NCBI GenBank assembly: GCA_947625295.1 | Contig: CANQNU010000002.1 | Span: 4,057 to 68,056, forward strand | Direction of reading: 5' to 3' | DNA length: 64,000 nt | Origin: an uncultured Clostridia bacterium | GTDB lineage: Bacteria > Bacillota > Clostridia > TANB77 > CAG-508 | Shown here: positions 1-9,404 of the stretch, in pieces | How the letters are laid out: the number at the start of each line of letters is the position of its first letter | Position numbering within the stretch: position 1 is the first letter of the stretch | Notes under the pieces: generated by a model | What the model saw: only the letters and a program-made list of their open reading frames with translations | What the model was told of the DNA's origin: nothing | Database searches by the model: none | Translations under genes and position numbers: made by a program

Positions 1-115
1 ATAATATTTCAAAAAAAATTCGTCGACATTTTTCTCCATCTGTATAATTTTTTTTATTTTGTTAATAATTATATTAAATGAAGATTTTTACAAAAAAGTT
101 TTTTGGAGGTAACTA

Positions 116-781
116 ATGAAAAAAATATTAAATTTATTGAAAAATTCCAAGGTAAAAATGGTAATAATTTTAAGTCTTTTACTTTTTATATATACTACTA
201 TTTGTGCTATATCTTATGCCCAAAATGTATCATCTGATATATCAAATAGTGTATTTAGGTTACATGTTATTGCTAATAGTGATACTAATGAAGATCAAAA
301 TCTAAAATATAAAGTTCGAGATAGTCTTTTACAATATATGAATGAAATATGTAAAAATTGTTCTTCAAAAGAAGAAGCTATTTTATTAGTAGAAAATAAT
401 AAAGATAATTTTAAACAAATAGCATTAGAAAAAATTAAAGCTGAAGGTTATTCTTATGATGTTAATATTAACATAGGTAATTTTGAATTTCCTACAAAAA
501 AATATGGAGATATATCTCTTCCAGCAGGATATTATGATGCATTGAGAGTAGAAATAGGTGAAGCAAAAGGCCAAAATTGGTGGTGCGTAATGTTCCCTCC
601 TTTATGTTTTGTTGATATTTCTTCTGGGATTGTGCCTGAAGAATCAAAAGAATTAATGGAAAATAATTTAACAGAAGAAGAATTTGCTCTTGTTTCTGAA
701 AAGTCTAATACAGAAATAAAATTTAAATTTAAACTTTTAGAATTCTTTAATAAAAATGGACTAATAACTGCTAAAAACTAA
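116..781 (+). CDS. spoIIR: Stage II sporulation protein R
   Basis: 221-aa ORF with N-terminal TM/signal segment. SpoIIR hallmarks RLHVIANSD..QNLKYKVRD and GQNWWCVMFPPLCF. GGAGG RBS upstream. Confidence 0.85.
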   Translation: MKKILNLLKNSKVKMVIILSLLLFIYTTICAISYAQNVSSDISNSVFRLHVIANSDTNEDQNLKYKVRDSLLQYMNEICKNCSSKEEAILLVENNKDNFKQIALEKIKAEGYSYDVNINIGNFEFPTKKYGDISLPAGYYDALRVEIGEAKGQNWWCVMFPPLCFVDISSGIVPEESKELMENNLTEEEFALVSEKSNTEIKFKFKLLEFFNKNGLITAKN

Positions 782-978
782 TTTCACAGTAATTTTTGAA
801 AATTTGATTTAAAAATTATAAATTACTTGATTTTAAAAGGTAATATTTTAGTGTAATTTATTTTTTATCTATTACAATAAAATAGTTGCAATAGTCTAAA
901 ACTTATGTTATATTTTATATTGTTATAGAGTGTTATTTTACACTCTTTTTAAATTGTAAAATTTCTTAAAATAGATAA

Positions 979-2253
979 ATGGGGGTAATTTTATTGGAAA
1001 AATTGGTGATTTCAGGTCCCACTTCATTAAAAGGTGAAGTTACAATCAGTGGAGCAAAAAATGCAGCAGTAGCCATTTTACCTGCTACACTTTTAATTGA
1101 TGGTATTTGTACAATTGAAAATTTACCTAATATTAGTGATATAAAAATATCATGTGAAATATTAGAAAAATTAGGTGCAAAAATTACATGGATTGATAAA
1201 AACACAATTACAGTTGATACAAGAAATATTGTTACAACAAAAGCTCCTTTAGACTTAACAAGTAAGTTTAGAGCATCTTATTATGTTATCGGAGCTATGC
1301 TTGGTAGAATGGGAGAAATTGAAGTAGGAATGCCTGGTGGATGCAAATTAGGTGCAAGACCTATTGACCAACACATTAAAGGATTTGAATTACTAGGAGC
1401 TACCGTAACCGTAGAAAAAGGTACTATTTATGCAAAAGCTGATGAATTACATGCTTCTCCTATATATATGGATATTGTTTCTGTTGGAGCTACTATTAAT
1501 GTAATGTTATCTGCGGTATTAGCAAAAGGTACAACAATTATCGATAATGCTGCCAAAGAACCTCATATTGTTGATGTTGCAAACTTTTTAAATACTATGG
1601 GAGCAGATATTAGAGGTGCTGGTACTGATGTAATAAAAATTAATGGCGTTGAAAAATTACATGGTAATGCAACTTATTCTGTTGTTCCTGATCAAATTGA
1701 AGCTGGAACTTTCATGCTTGCAGCAATTGCAACAAAAGGTGATTTAACTTTAAAAAACTGTATTACAAAACACTTAGAGTCAATTACTGCCAAAATCATA
1801 GAAATAGGTGGAAATGTAGAAGATAATGGAGATAGCATTAGAGTTTGGTGTAACAATCGACCTCGTAAAGCAAATATAAAAACATTACCATATCCAGGTT
1901 TTCCAACAGATTTACAACCACAAATGGGAGTTGTTCTATCTTTAGCTGAAGGAACTAGTATTATTAATGAAAGTATATGGGATTCTAGATTTCAATATAC
2001 AGAAGAACTTAATAAAATGGGAGCAAAAATAACTGCTCAAGGAAAAACAGCATTTTTTGAAGGTGTCGAAAAATTAAGTGGTGCTCCAGTATGCTCTTCA
2101 GATTTAAGAGCAGGTGCTGCATTAGTAATTGCTGGAACAGCAGCAAATGGTACAACTGAAATTTATAATTTGGAACATATAGATAGAGGATATGAAAATA
2201 TAGAAGAAAAATTCAGAAAAATTGGTGCAAATATCAAAAGAATAAAAGAATAA
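979..2253 (+). CDS. murA: UDP-N-acetylglucosamine 1-carboxyvinyltransferase
   Basis: 424-aa ORF. Family-typical N-terminus LVISGPTSLKGEVTISGAKNAAVAILPATLL and full EPSP-synthase-fold length. True start may be a few codons in. Confidence 0.9.
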   Translation: MGVILLEKLVISGPTSLKGEVTISGAKNAAVAILPATLLIDGICTIENLPNISDIKISCEILEKLGAKITWIDKNTITVDTRNIVTTKAPLDLTSKFRASYYVIGAMLGRMGEIEVGMPGGCKLGARPIDQHIKGFELLGATVTVEKGTIYAKADELHASPIYMDIVSVGATINVMLSAVLAKGTTIIDNAAKEPHIVDVANFLNTMGADIRGAGTDVIKINGVEKLHGNATYSVVPDQIEAGTFMLAAIATKGDLTLKNCITKHLESITAKIIEIGGNVEDNGDSIRVWCNNRPRKANIKTLPYPGFPTDLQPQMGVVLSLAEGTSIINESIWDSRFQYTEELNKMGAKITAQGKTAFFEGVEKLSGAPVCSSDLRAGAALVIAGTAANGTTEIYNLEHIDRGYENIEEKFRKIGANIKRIKE

Positions 2254-2282
2254 TTATAATACAAAAGGATGAAAAAAATAAT

Positions 2283-3072
2283 ATGTTAAATTTTTGTAGT
2301 TTATATAGTGGTAGTAGTGGAAATAGTTTATTTGTTGAAACAGAAAATACAAAAATATTGATAGATGCAGGTGTAAGTAGTAAAAAAATAGAATCTGCCT
2401 TGACTGATATTAATGTTGACCCCTCTACAATTGATGGAATTTTAATAACTCATGAACATACCGACCATGTACAAGGATTAGGAACATTTTCTAAAAAATT
2501 CGATTTGCCTGTTTTTGTAAATCAAGAAACTCTTAATGCTATGCCTAAGCAAAGAGATAAAATTGAAGATAAAAATATAAAAACATTTAAAATAACAGAC
2601 CATTTTGAAATTGGAGATCTTAAAATTAATCCATTTTCAATTCCTCATGATGCTGCAAATCCTTGCGGATTTAATATTTTTCAAGAAAATAAAAAATTAA
2701 GCATTGCAACAGATATCGGTCATATGACGAATGATATTTTAAAAAATTTAGAGGAAAGTTTATTTATTTTATTAGAATCTAATTATGACCCTGAAGTATT
2801 AAAGTGTTCCTCTTATCCATTTTTATTAAAATCAAGAATTGCTGGTCCTACTGGACATTTATCAAATGAACTAGCTGGAAAAACAATTTCTCATTTATTA
2901 AAATCTCGGATTAAAAGTTGCTATGCTTGGGCATTTAAGTAAAGAAAGTAATTTTCCTGAACTTGCTTATCAAACAGTCGTAGATGAATTAATCGCAAAT
3001 AATTACGATGAAGATTCTTTGTCACTTAGTGTAGCTTCAAGAAATGTACATAGTCAAATAATTAATATATAA
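2283..3072 (+). CDS. MBL-fold metallo-hydrolase (YycJ/WalJ-like), read through a +1 shift at CGG 2907-2909
   Basis: HEHTDH metal motif in ORF 2283..2942. The 0-frame tail SRIKSCYAWAFK* is nonsense. The +1 frame from 2908 gives GLKVAMLGHLSKESNFPELAYQTVVDEL...INI* (stop 3070-3072). Total is 262 aa, the normal family length. Confidence 0.75.
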
Positions 3073-3133
3073 AAATTGAAATTCCCAATTTAATTTATTT
3101 AGATTGGGATTTTACAATAGAAAGGAGAATTTT

Positions 3134-3613
3134 ATGCTAACTATCGATATTATTTGTATTGGTAAAATAAAAGAAAAATATTTGCAAGATGCTATTTCAG
3201 AATATTCTAAAAGATTATCAAAATATTGTAAATTATTAATTACTGAATTACCTGATGAAAAAATTCCTGATAAACTAAATAATAGTTTATCTTCTCAAAT
3301 AAAAAATAAAGAATGTTCTAAAATATTAAATTGTATAAAAAAAGATAGTTATGTAATTGCATTAGATTTAAATGGTACTCAATACTCTTCTGAAGATTTT
3401 TCAAAAAAAATTGACGAAATATCAATGGAAAATAGTAATATTACTTTTATTATTGGTGGATCACTTGGTCTTACACAAGAATTACTAAATCGTTGTAATT
3501 TACGTATTTCTTTTTCAAAAATGACATTTCCTCATCAATTATTTAGAGTTTTTCTTTTAGAGCAAATTTTTAGAGCTTTTAAAATTTCTAATGGAGAAAC
3601 TTATCATAAATAA
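3134..3613 (+). CDS. rlmH: 23S rRNA (pseudouridine1915-N3)-methyltransferase
   Basis: 159 aa from the ATG at 3134 behind AAAGGAGA. SPOUT-type C-terminus FIIGGSLGL..ISFSKMTFPHQL. Confidence 0.85.
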   Translation: MLTIDIICIGKIKEKYLQDAISEYSKRLSKYCKLLITELPDEKIPDKLNNSLSSQIKNKECSKILNCIKKDSYVIALDLNGTQYSSEDFSKKIDEISMENSNITFIIGGSLGLTQELLNRCNLRISFSKMTFPHQLFRVFLLEQIFRAFKISNGETYHK

Positions 3614-4016
3614 AAAAGTTAATCTAGCTAATCTGTAAAGATATACAATCAACCAAACTGCGCAAAATCATATTTTTAAACATTATAATATCTGTTTTTA
3701 TTATATTTTTTTATAATATGGTATTGTAGAGAAAATAACAGAAAAAAAGATTAAAAAATAAATAGGGGCAAAAAATATTAATCTAATATTTACAGGGGGG
3801 ATTTATTTTCTCTACAAGATTAAAATCTTTATAAATAATTTATTGAAAATAATCAATATTAAGTAATTTTTTAAATTTTTTTGAAAGTTTTTTGATAATT
3901 AATTTTCTTACGATAAAAAATATTGAAATAAATAAAATAATTTTTTGAATCATAGTTTGTCCTTCTTAAAATTTTTCTCATTATATGTCAACTTTTATAG
4001 TTTGTCAAGAAAAACT

Positions 4017-4544
4017 TTACGACATTAATCGACATATTGCTACACTAGCAAGCATTCCAACCAAATCAGCTGTCAAGGCAGCTGCTAAAATCCACCTCGT
4101 TTTTTTTACTTTAATACAACTTGTATATACTGCAATTGTATATATAGTTGTTTCTGTAGATCCCATAATTGTAGAAGCCATAACTCCCAATCTACTATCC
4201 ACTCCATAATTTTTCATAATATCTGTTGCAACAGCAATAGAACTACTTCCAGAAATAGGTCTTAACATAGCTAATGGCATTAACTCACTTGGAAAATGTA
4301 TTACATTTAATATTGGCGTTAAAAAATGAATTATTATATCTAAAATTCCAGAACTCCTTAATGCTCCTATTGCAACAAATAATCCTATTAATGTAGGAAA
4401 AATACTTAAGGTAATTTCTAGCCCTTCTTTTGCACCATCTAAAAACGTATCAAATACTTTATTTTTTTCTTTTAATCCATAAATTACAATTATCAAAATA
4501 ATTAATGGCATTGCTATATTTGACAAAAAGTTCATTGTTTCCAT
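4017..4544 (-). CDS. spmB: Spore maturation protein B (nucleoside-recognition/Gate domain membrane protein)
   Basis: 175-aa polytopic membrane ORF directly downstream of spmA. Family-typical sequence and pairing. Confidence 0.8.
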   Translation of the reverse strand: METMNFLSNIAMPLIILIIVIYGLKEKNKVFDTFLDGAKEGLEITLSIFPTLIGLFVAIGALRSSGILDIIIHFLTPILNVIHFPSELMPLAMLRPISGSSSIAVATDIMKNYGVDSRLGVMASTIMGSTETTIYTIAVYTSCIKVKKTRWILAAALTADLVGMLASVAICRLMS

Positions 4545-4545
4545 A

Positions 4546-5146
4546 TTATAATTTCTCCTTTTGGGTAATTTTAATTAATAATTTTGTTGCCACTACTCCG
4601 TGCTATAGCTGCACAAATTGTGACAATCCAAACTGGAAAAACAACAGCTGTAGGATTTTCTGAACCTAATGAATTCCTAATTGCAATTACAGTAGTTGGT
4701 ATAATTTGAATAGACGCTGTATTAATTACAATAAACATCATCATTGAATTTGATAAAGTATCTTTTTTATTATTTTCTTTTTGCATTGACTTCATAGCTT
4801 TTAGTCCAAGTGGAGTTGCCGCATTTCCTAAACCTAATATATTTGCCACCATATTCATAGAAACTTCTTGCTGTATTTGAGGATTATTTTTCAAATCTGG
4901 AAATAATATTTTAATAATGGGATGTAATATTTTTGTCAATACATCAATTACCGTTGTTGTACTTGCTATTTTCATAATTCCATTCCATAAACAAATTGTT
5001 CCAAGTAAATTTAATGTCAAATTTATAGCATCTTCTGTACTTTGAAAAATAGATGAATTTAAATTTTCTATATTTCCTGAAAAAATTGCATAAGAAAATG
5101 ATATTATTATAAAAATTGGCCAAACTATATTTAACATACTAATCAC
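4546..5146 (-). CDS. spmA: Spore maturation protein A; C-terminus depends on a +1 shift at CGG 4600-4598 (unshifted ORF ends at 4571)
   Basis: The 191-aa ORF matches the SpmA pattern (LGLGNAATPLGLKAM). After gca CGG the +1 frame reads G-VVATKLLIKITQKEKL*. Its stop (4548-4546) lies 1 nt before the spmB ATG. Total 199 aa. Confidence 0.75.
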
Positions 5147-5261
5147 CTAAATAATCTTATTCCTAAGAGAAATTTTTATTCCAATATAATTGACCTGGTA
5201 TTTTATTTATGATATATTATGGATATAGGATTGTTAAAAATAACTTTTAAGGAGGATAATT

Positions 5262-5516
5262 ATGAAATCAACAGGAATTATTAGAAGAGTAGATGAACTT
5301 GGAAGAGTTGTAATACCAATAGAACTAAGAAACCAATTTAATATAATTGAAAAAGATCCAATTGAAATATATGTTGATGGTTCTTCAATTATATTAAAAA
5401 AGTTTGAGCCAAACTGTATTTTCTGCGGAAATACAAAAGACTTACACAGCTATCATGAAAAGTTAATCTGCGAAGAATGTTCAAAAAAAATTGGAAATTT
5501 AAATTTAGAAAAATAG
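5262..5516 (+). CDS. AbrB/SpoVT-family transition-state regulator with Cys-rich C-terminus
   Basis: N-terminal swapped-hairpin motif GIIRRVDELGRVVIPIELR. C-terminal CxxC...CxxC. AGGAGG RBS. Confidence 0.8.
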   Translation: MKSTGIIRRVDELGRVVIPIELRNQFNIIEKDPIEIYVDGSSIILKKFEPNCIFCGNTKDLHSYHEKLICEECSKKIGNLNLEK

Positions 5517-5655
5517 ATGCAAAAAGATAATTAAAATATTTTATTATTTTAATTATCTTTTTATTATATTAATTTTTCAAATAAAATTGATTAAAATTTG
5601 TATTGCATATTATAATAAACATCACTATAAAATATAAGTTATTTTAAGTTTATTT

Positions 5656-6483
5656 TTAAATAAATTTTTTATAAATTTCATTTTTGTTTACATTTTTATC
5701 TTTAGCTATTTTTTTTATAATCTCTTTTTTAGAAAATCCTTGTTCCTCGTATAATTTATAATGATCTTCTAATGTTAAATTATCAAATATATTTTCTTGT
5801 TTAATATCACAATCTTTTTCAATAATTAATACAATTTCACCCTTAATATTCTCTGATTTATCTATTATTTCATCAATATTTCCTCTAATAAACTCTTCAT
5901 GTATCTTTGTTAATTCCCTAGCTAATACAATTTTTCTATTTTTTAAAAAAGGTTTTAAATCTTGTAAAGTTGATTTTATTTTATGAGGAGCTTCATATAA
6001 AATAATAGTTTTATTTGTATTTTCTATTTCTTCTAACTTTTTATTTCTATTTTTTTTATTTAAAGGTAAAAAACCTATAAAAGTGAATTCTGTTGTATCA
6101 AGACCAGAACATATTAAAGCATTTACCATTGCACAAGCTCCTGGTATTGGAACTAGTTTAATATTTTCTTCAATACATCGTCTTATTATCTCTTCCCCTG
6201 GATCAGATATTCCAGGAGTTCCTGCATCAGAAACAAGAGCAATATTTTTACCCATTTTTAATTCTTTTATTAATACATCCGTTTTTGTTTCTTCATTGTG
6301 CCTATGATAACTAATTAAAGGTTTAGATATTTTTAAATGATTTAAAAGCTTTAAAGAATGTCTTGTATCTTCTGCTGCTATTAAATCTACTTTTTCTAAA
6401 ACATTAATTGCACGTAAAGTGATATCATCTAAATTACCTATTGGTGTAGCTACAATATATAAAACTCCAATTTCATTTTCCAT
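5656..6483 (-). CDS. rsmI: 16S rRNA (cytidine1402-2'-O)-methyltransferase
   Basis: 275 aa. N-terminus GVLYIVATPIGNLDDITLRA..AAEDTRH is typical of RsmI (tetrapyrrole-methylase fold). Confidence 0.9.
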   Translation of the reverse strand: MENEIGVLYIVATPIGNLDDITLRAINVLEKVDLIAAEDTRHSLKLLNHLKISKPLISYHRHNEETKTDVLIKELKMGKNIALVSDAGTPGISDPGEEIIRRCIEENIKLVPIPGACAMVNALICSGLDTTEFTFIGFLPLNKKNRNKKLEEIENTNKTIILYEAPHKIKSTLQDLKPFLKNRKIVLARELTKIHEEFIRGNIDEIIDKSENIKGEIVLIIEKDCDIKQENIFDNLTLEDHYKLYEEQGFSKKEIIKKIAKDKNVNKNEIYKKFI

Positions 6484-6507
6484 AATATAATTCTTCCTTT
6501 ATAAATA

Positions 6508-7251
6508 TTATATTTTATTATATATTTTTTTTATTTCTTCTGTATATTCTCCATTTTCGTCATAAATATATAAATTTGATTCCAATTTTAAAAATTGCTT
6601 TGCATTTTTTATTCCTTTTATTAATATTAATTTAGGTTCTTTATTTTTATTAGAATAAACTAATCTTAATATTTTAGGTTCAATCTTATATTTTCTCATT
6701 AAGCTTAAAATATCTACTAATCTTTCTGGCCTATGCACCATGTAAAATTCGCCTTTATCTTTTAATAAATCTTTAGCTATTTTTATAAAATCTTCTAAAT
6801 CAGCTGTAATTTCATGTCTTGAAATTAATTTTTTCTCATTCTCATTAATTATCCCTGTGTTCTTTTTTTTATATGGTGGATTTGTTACAATTACATCTAT
6901 TGAATTTTTCTCAAATAAATTATTTAAATTTAATATATTTTCATTTATTATTTCAAATTTATTTTCTAATTTATTTAATTTAATACTTTTTTTTGCCATT
7001 TCATATACATCTTTTTGAATTTCTATTCCTGTTATTTTTTTTAATTTTGATTTTTCACATAAAAGTATTGAAATAATTCCTGTTCCTGTTCCCAAATCCA
7101 AAACAATAGAATTTTTTTTGATATTTTTTGCAAAATCTGATAATAATATACTATCAATTCCAAAACAAAATCCTTTTTTATTTTGAATTATTTTTAAATT
7201 ATTAAATTCTAAATCTTCTATTACTTCATTTTTATCTAATTTAATATTCAT
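6508..7251 (-). CDS. Class I SAM-dependent methyltransferase, TrmN6/YfiC-like (N6-adenine type NPPY motif)
   Basis: 247 aa. SAM-binding VLDLGTGTGI and catalytic VTNPPYKK. Sits upstream of rsmI as in many Firmicutes. Confidence 0.7.
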   Translation of the reverse strand: MNIKLDKNEVIEDLEFNNLKIIQNKKGFCFGIDSILLSDFAKNIKKNSIVLDLGTGTGIISILLCEKSKLKKITGIEIQKDVYEMAKKSIKLNKLENKFEIINENILNLNNLFEKNSIDVIVTNPPYKKKNTGIINENEKKLISRHEITADLEDFIKIAKDLLKDKGEFYMVHRPERLVDILSLMRKYKIEPKILRLVYSNKNKEPKLILIKGIKNAKQFLKLESNLYIYDENGEYTEEIKKIYNKI

Positions 7252-7340
7252 AATTTTTTCCTCTTCAATTTTATCTAATTCTTTAAAATTGCAATATAAC
7301 TTTTTACTCTTTTTGATGCATCACTCTTCTTATATTTTTT

Positions 7341-7530
7341 GTAAAATATTGTAAATCGTTAATGTTCTATCAAAACTTTATTTTTATGTTATGTATACTT
7401 TTTTGAGGTTTTACAAAAATTCTATCTAACGCTTTAATCCTATATAAAATATCGTTCTAAAATTTATACTTTTTATGGTTTTGATTTTCAAAATTGTAAA
7501 CCATTTTTATTCTCATGTATTATATAACAA
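7341..7530. repeat. Copy A of a ~190-bp intergenic element (shared with 8031-8220 and 41085-41275)
   Basis: Shared blocks by eye: TTTTATTTTTAT.TTATGT.TAC, CTAACGCTTTAATCCT, AAAATTGTAAACCA. Contains TTGTAA-N18-TATTAT (7494-7523), promoter-like on the plus strand. Confidence 0.6.
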
Positions 7531-7650
7531 AAATCTAAATTTTGCAAAGCTTTATTGATATGTATCGAATCAAAAGATCTCATGATAAGCTATAACAAAA
7601 TTTCAAAATAAAAATATTTTTATTAGTTTTATAAAATATTTTTGTTTTAA

Positions 7651-7860
7651 GATTTATAATTAATTTTATTTTTTTATTTTAATTTTTATAATTAATTTTA
7701 TATTTTTTATTTTAGTTTTTATAATTGATTTTATTTTTTATCTTAATTTTTATAATTAACTTTATATTTTTTATTTTAGTTCTTATAATTAATTTTATTT
7801 TAATTTAATTTTTATAATTAATCTTATATTTCTATTTTTTATTTTATTTTTTTATAATTT
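7651..7860. repeat. AT-rich tandem repeat, about 31-33 bp unit, about 7 copies
   Basis: Repeated unit TTTTTATAATTAATTTTATATTTTTTATTTTAG with small variants, read directly. Core TTTATAATTAATTTTAT. Confidence 0.8.
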
Positions 7861-8030
7861 GATATTTATATTTTTCTATTTAATTATTTTTGTTTTTAAT
7901 TTTTTTATTATTGTTTTTTTATTAAAAATATTATCTCTTTAAAATTTTTTTTAAACTTTTCATTTTGATTTCATAGTTCAAAAATATCCTTTTCTAAAAT
8001 TAGAATTGTTTAATCTTGTTTGTAATTTTT

Positions 8031-8220
8031 TCCAAATTGTACCAAATTTTATTGTTATATTAAAATTTTATTTTTGCTTTATGTTTACCTTTTTCTCTTT
8101 CATTGAAAATTCCTCCTAACGCTTTAATCCTTTGCAAAATGTCGTTTCATTTCTTTTGTTTTTTGTGTTTCTTTTTAAAAAATTGTAAACCATTTTTGTT
8201 TTTTACATATTATATACTAA
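8031..8220. repeat. Copy B of the ~190-bp intergenic element
   Basis: Aligns by eye with copies A and C (CTAACGCTTTAATCCT, AAAAATTGTAAACCATTTTTGT, TATTATATAC). Confidence 0.6.
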
Positions 8221-8260
8221 TCAGAAAGTTATTACCAATTTTTTACAAGGAAGTGTCAAT

Positions 8261-8443
8261 ATGAAAAACTCTTTATCAAACGATAATGAAAATAATAGAG
8301 GTCAAAAAAATTCCTCTAAAAAAACATTTAATTTTAAATCATGCAAAAAAAATACAATTAATTCATTAAATGAAATTGAATATTTTTTAAATAATTTGAA
8401 AAATATTTCAAAAATTATAAAAATAAAAAAAATATTAAAATAA
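8261..8443 (+). CDS. Hypothetical small Lys/Asn-rich protein (doubtful)
   Basis: 60-aa ORF with AAGGAAG 7 nt upstream, downstream of the promoter-like motif in element copy B. Low-complexity composition means it could be a chance ORF. Confidence 0.25.
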   Translation: MKNSLSNDNENNRGQKNSSKKTFNFKSCKKNTINSLNEIEYFLNNLKNISKIIKIKKILK

Positions 8444-8479
8444 ATTATTTTTATTTTAATATTTTTATTTGATTTTTTA

Positions 8480-8625
8480 ATTATTATTTAATTTTTTATT
8501 TTAATATTTATTTTAATCATTATTTAATTATTTTATTTAATATTTATTTTAATTATTATTTAATTATTTTATTTAATATTTATTTTAATTATTATTTAGT
8601 TATTTAATTTAATATTTAGTCAAAT
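8480..8625. repeat. AT-rich tandem repeat, about 36 bp unit, about 4 copies
   Basis: Unit TTTAATATTTATTTTAATTATTATTTAATTATTTTA repeated head-to-tail. Confidence 0.75.
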
Positions 8626-8659
8626 TATTTATTTTTATTATTTAATTATTTATAATATC

Positions 8660-9202
8660 TTAATTAATTCTTTTATACACTTCTTTAAATTCTTCATTTT
8701 CATTTCCATTAATCAAAATTTTTACCTGATTTACTTCTGTTAATTCTGTCATCGTATTAACTATACTTTTAACCATATTATCTTTTAATTTTTTATCATT
8801 TTTATCATAATTTAAAAATTCTGATGATACATCAATTACTAGACAATCATTTTCCATATATATTCTTAATATTTTCGTTCCTTCTGGAATATTTTTTTCT
8901 AATTTATCATTTTTGGGTCCTTCTATTAATAAATTCATCATTTTTTCATATGGATTATTAATTAATTCTTTTATATCTACTAATCTTGCTTCTGGTACTA
9001 ATTGTTTTGATTCTTTTTCTTGAAAATATAAACTAACTATTGTCTGTCTAGATTGTTCTGATGTTATTTCTTCTTCTGGAGTATATTCCTCTATTATAGT
9101 TTCTTGATTTTTACTTTTAACATATTTTATTCCCCAAATTCCTCCTATTAAAATAATAACTAATAAAATAGTGAAAATAATAATTATTTTTTTGTTTTTC
9201 AT
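8660..9202 (-). CDS. GerMN-domain (sporulation/germination) membrane-anchored protein
   Basis: 180 aa. N-terminal TM, then the pattern VSLYF..(L)VPE.R......P...M..LI.GP and a VKILING tail, typical of GerMN domains. Confidence 0.6.
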   Translation of the reverse strand: MKNKKIIIIFTILLVIILIGGIWGIKYVKSKNQETIIEEYTPEEEITSEQSRQTIVSLYFQEKESKQLVPEARLVDIKELINNPYEKMMNLLIEGPKNDKLEKNIPEGTKILRIYMENDCLVIDVSSEFLNYDKNDKKLKDNMVKSIVNTMTELTEVNQVKILINGNENEEFKEVYKRIN

Positions 9203-9404
9203 AATTTCCTCCTTAATGTATTATTTTTTATTTAATTTTATTATTTGTTTGTCCATATTAGAACAAAAGTGTATGAAAAATAAAATATTTTTAAACTATA
9301 TTTGAAAATATTTTATAATTTTTTCCATTTGACAAAATGCTGTTTTCCGTATAAAATAAAGGGAATTAAAGGAATTAAAATGATTTTAATAAGGAGACTT
9401 TTAA

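Noticed and set aside
7651-8625. AT-rich tandem repeats considered as CRISPR arrays
   Set aside because: The repeats are contiguous with no unique spacers, the units are degenerate, and no cas genes are nearby.
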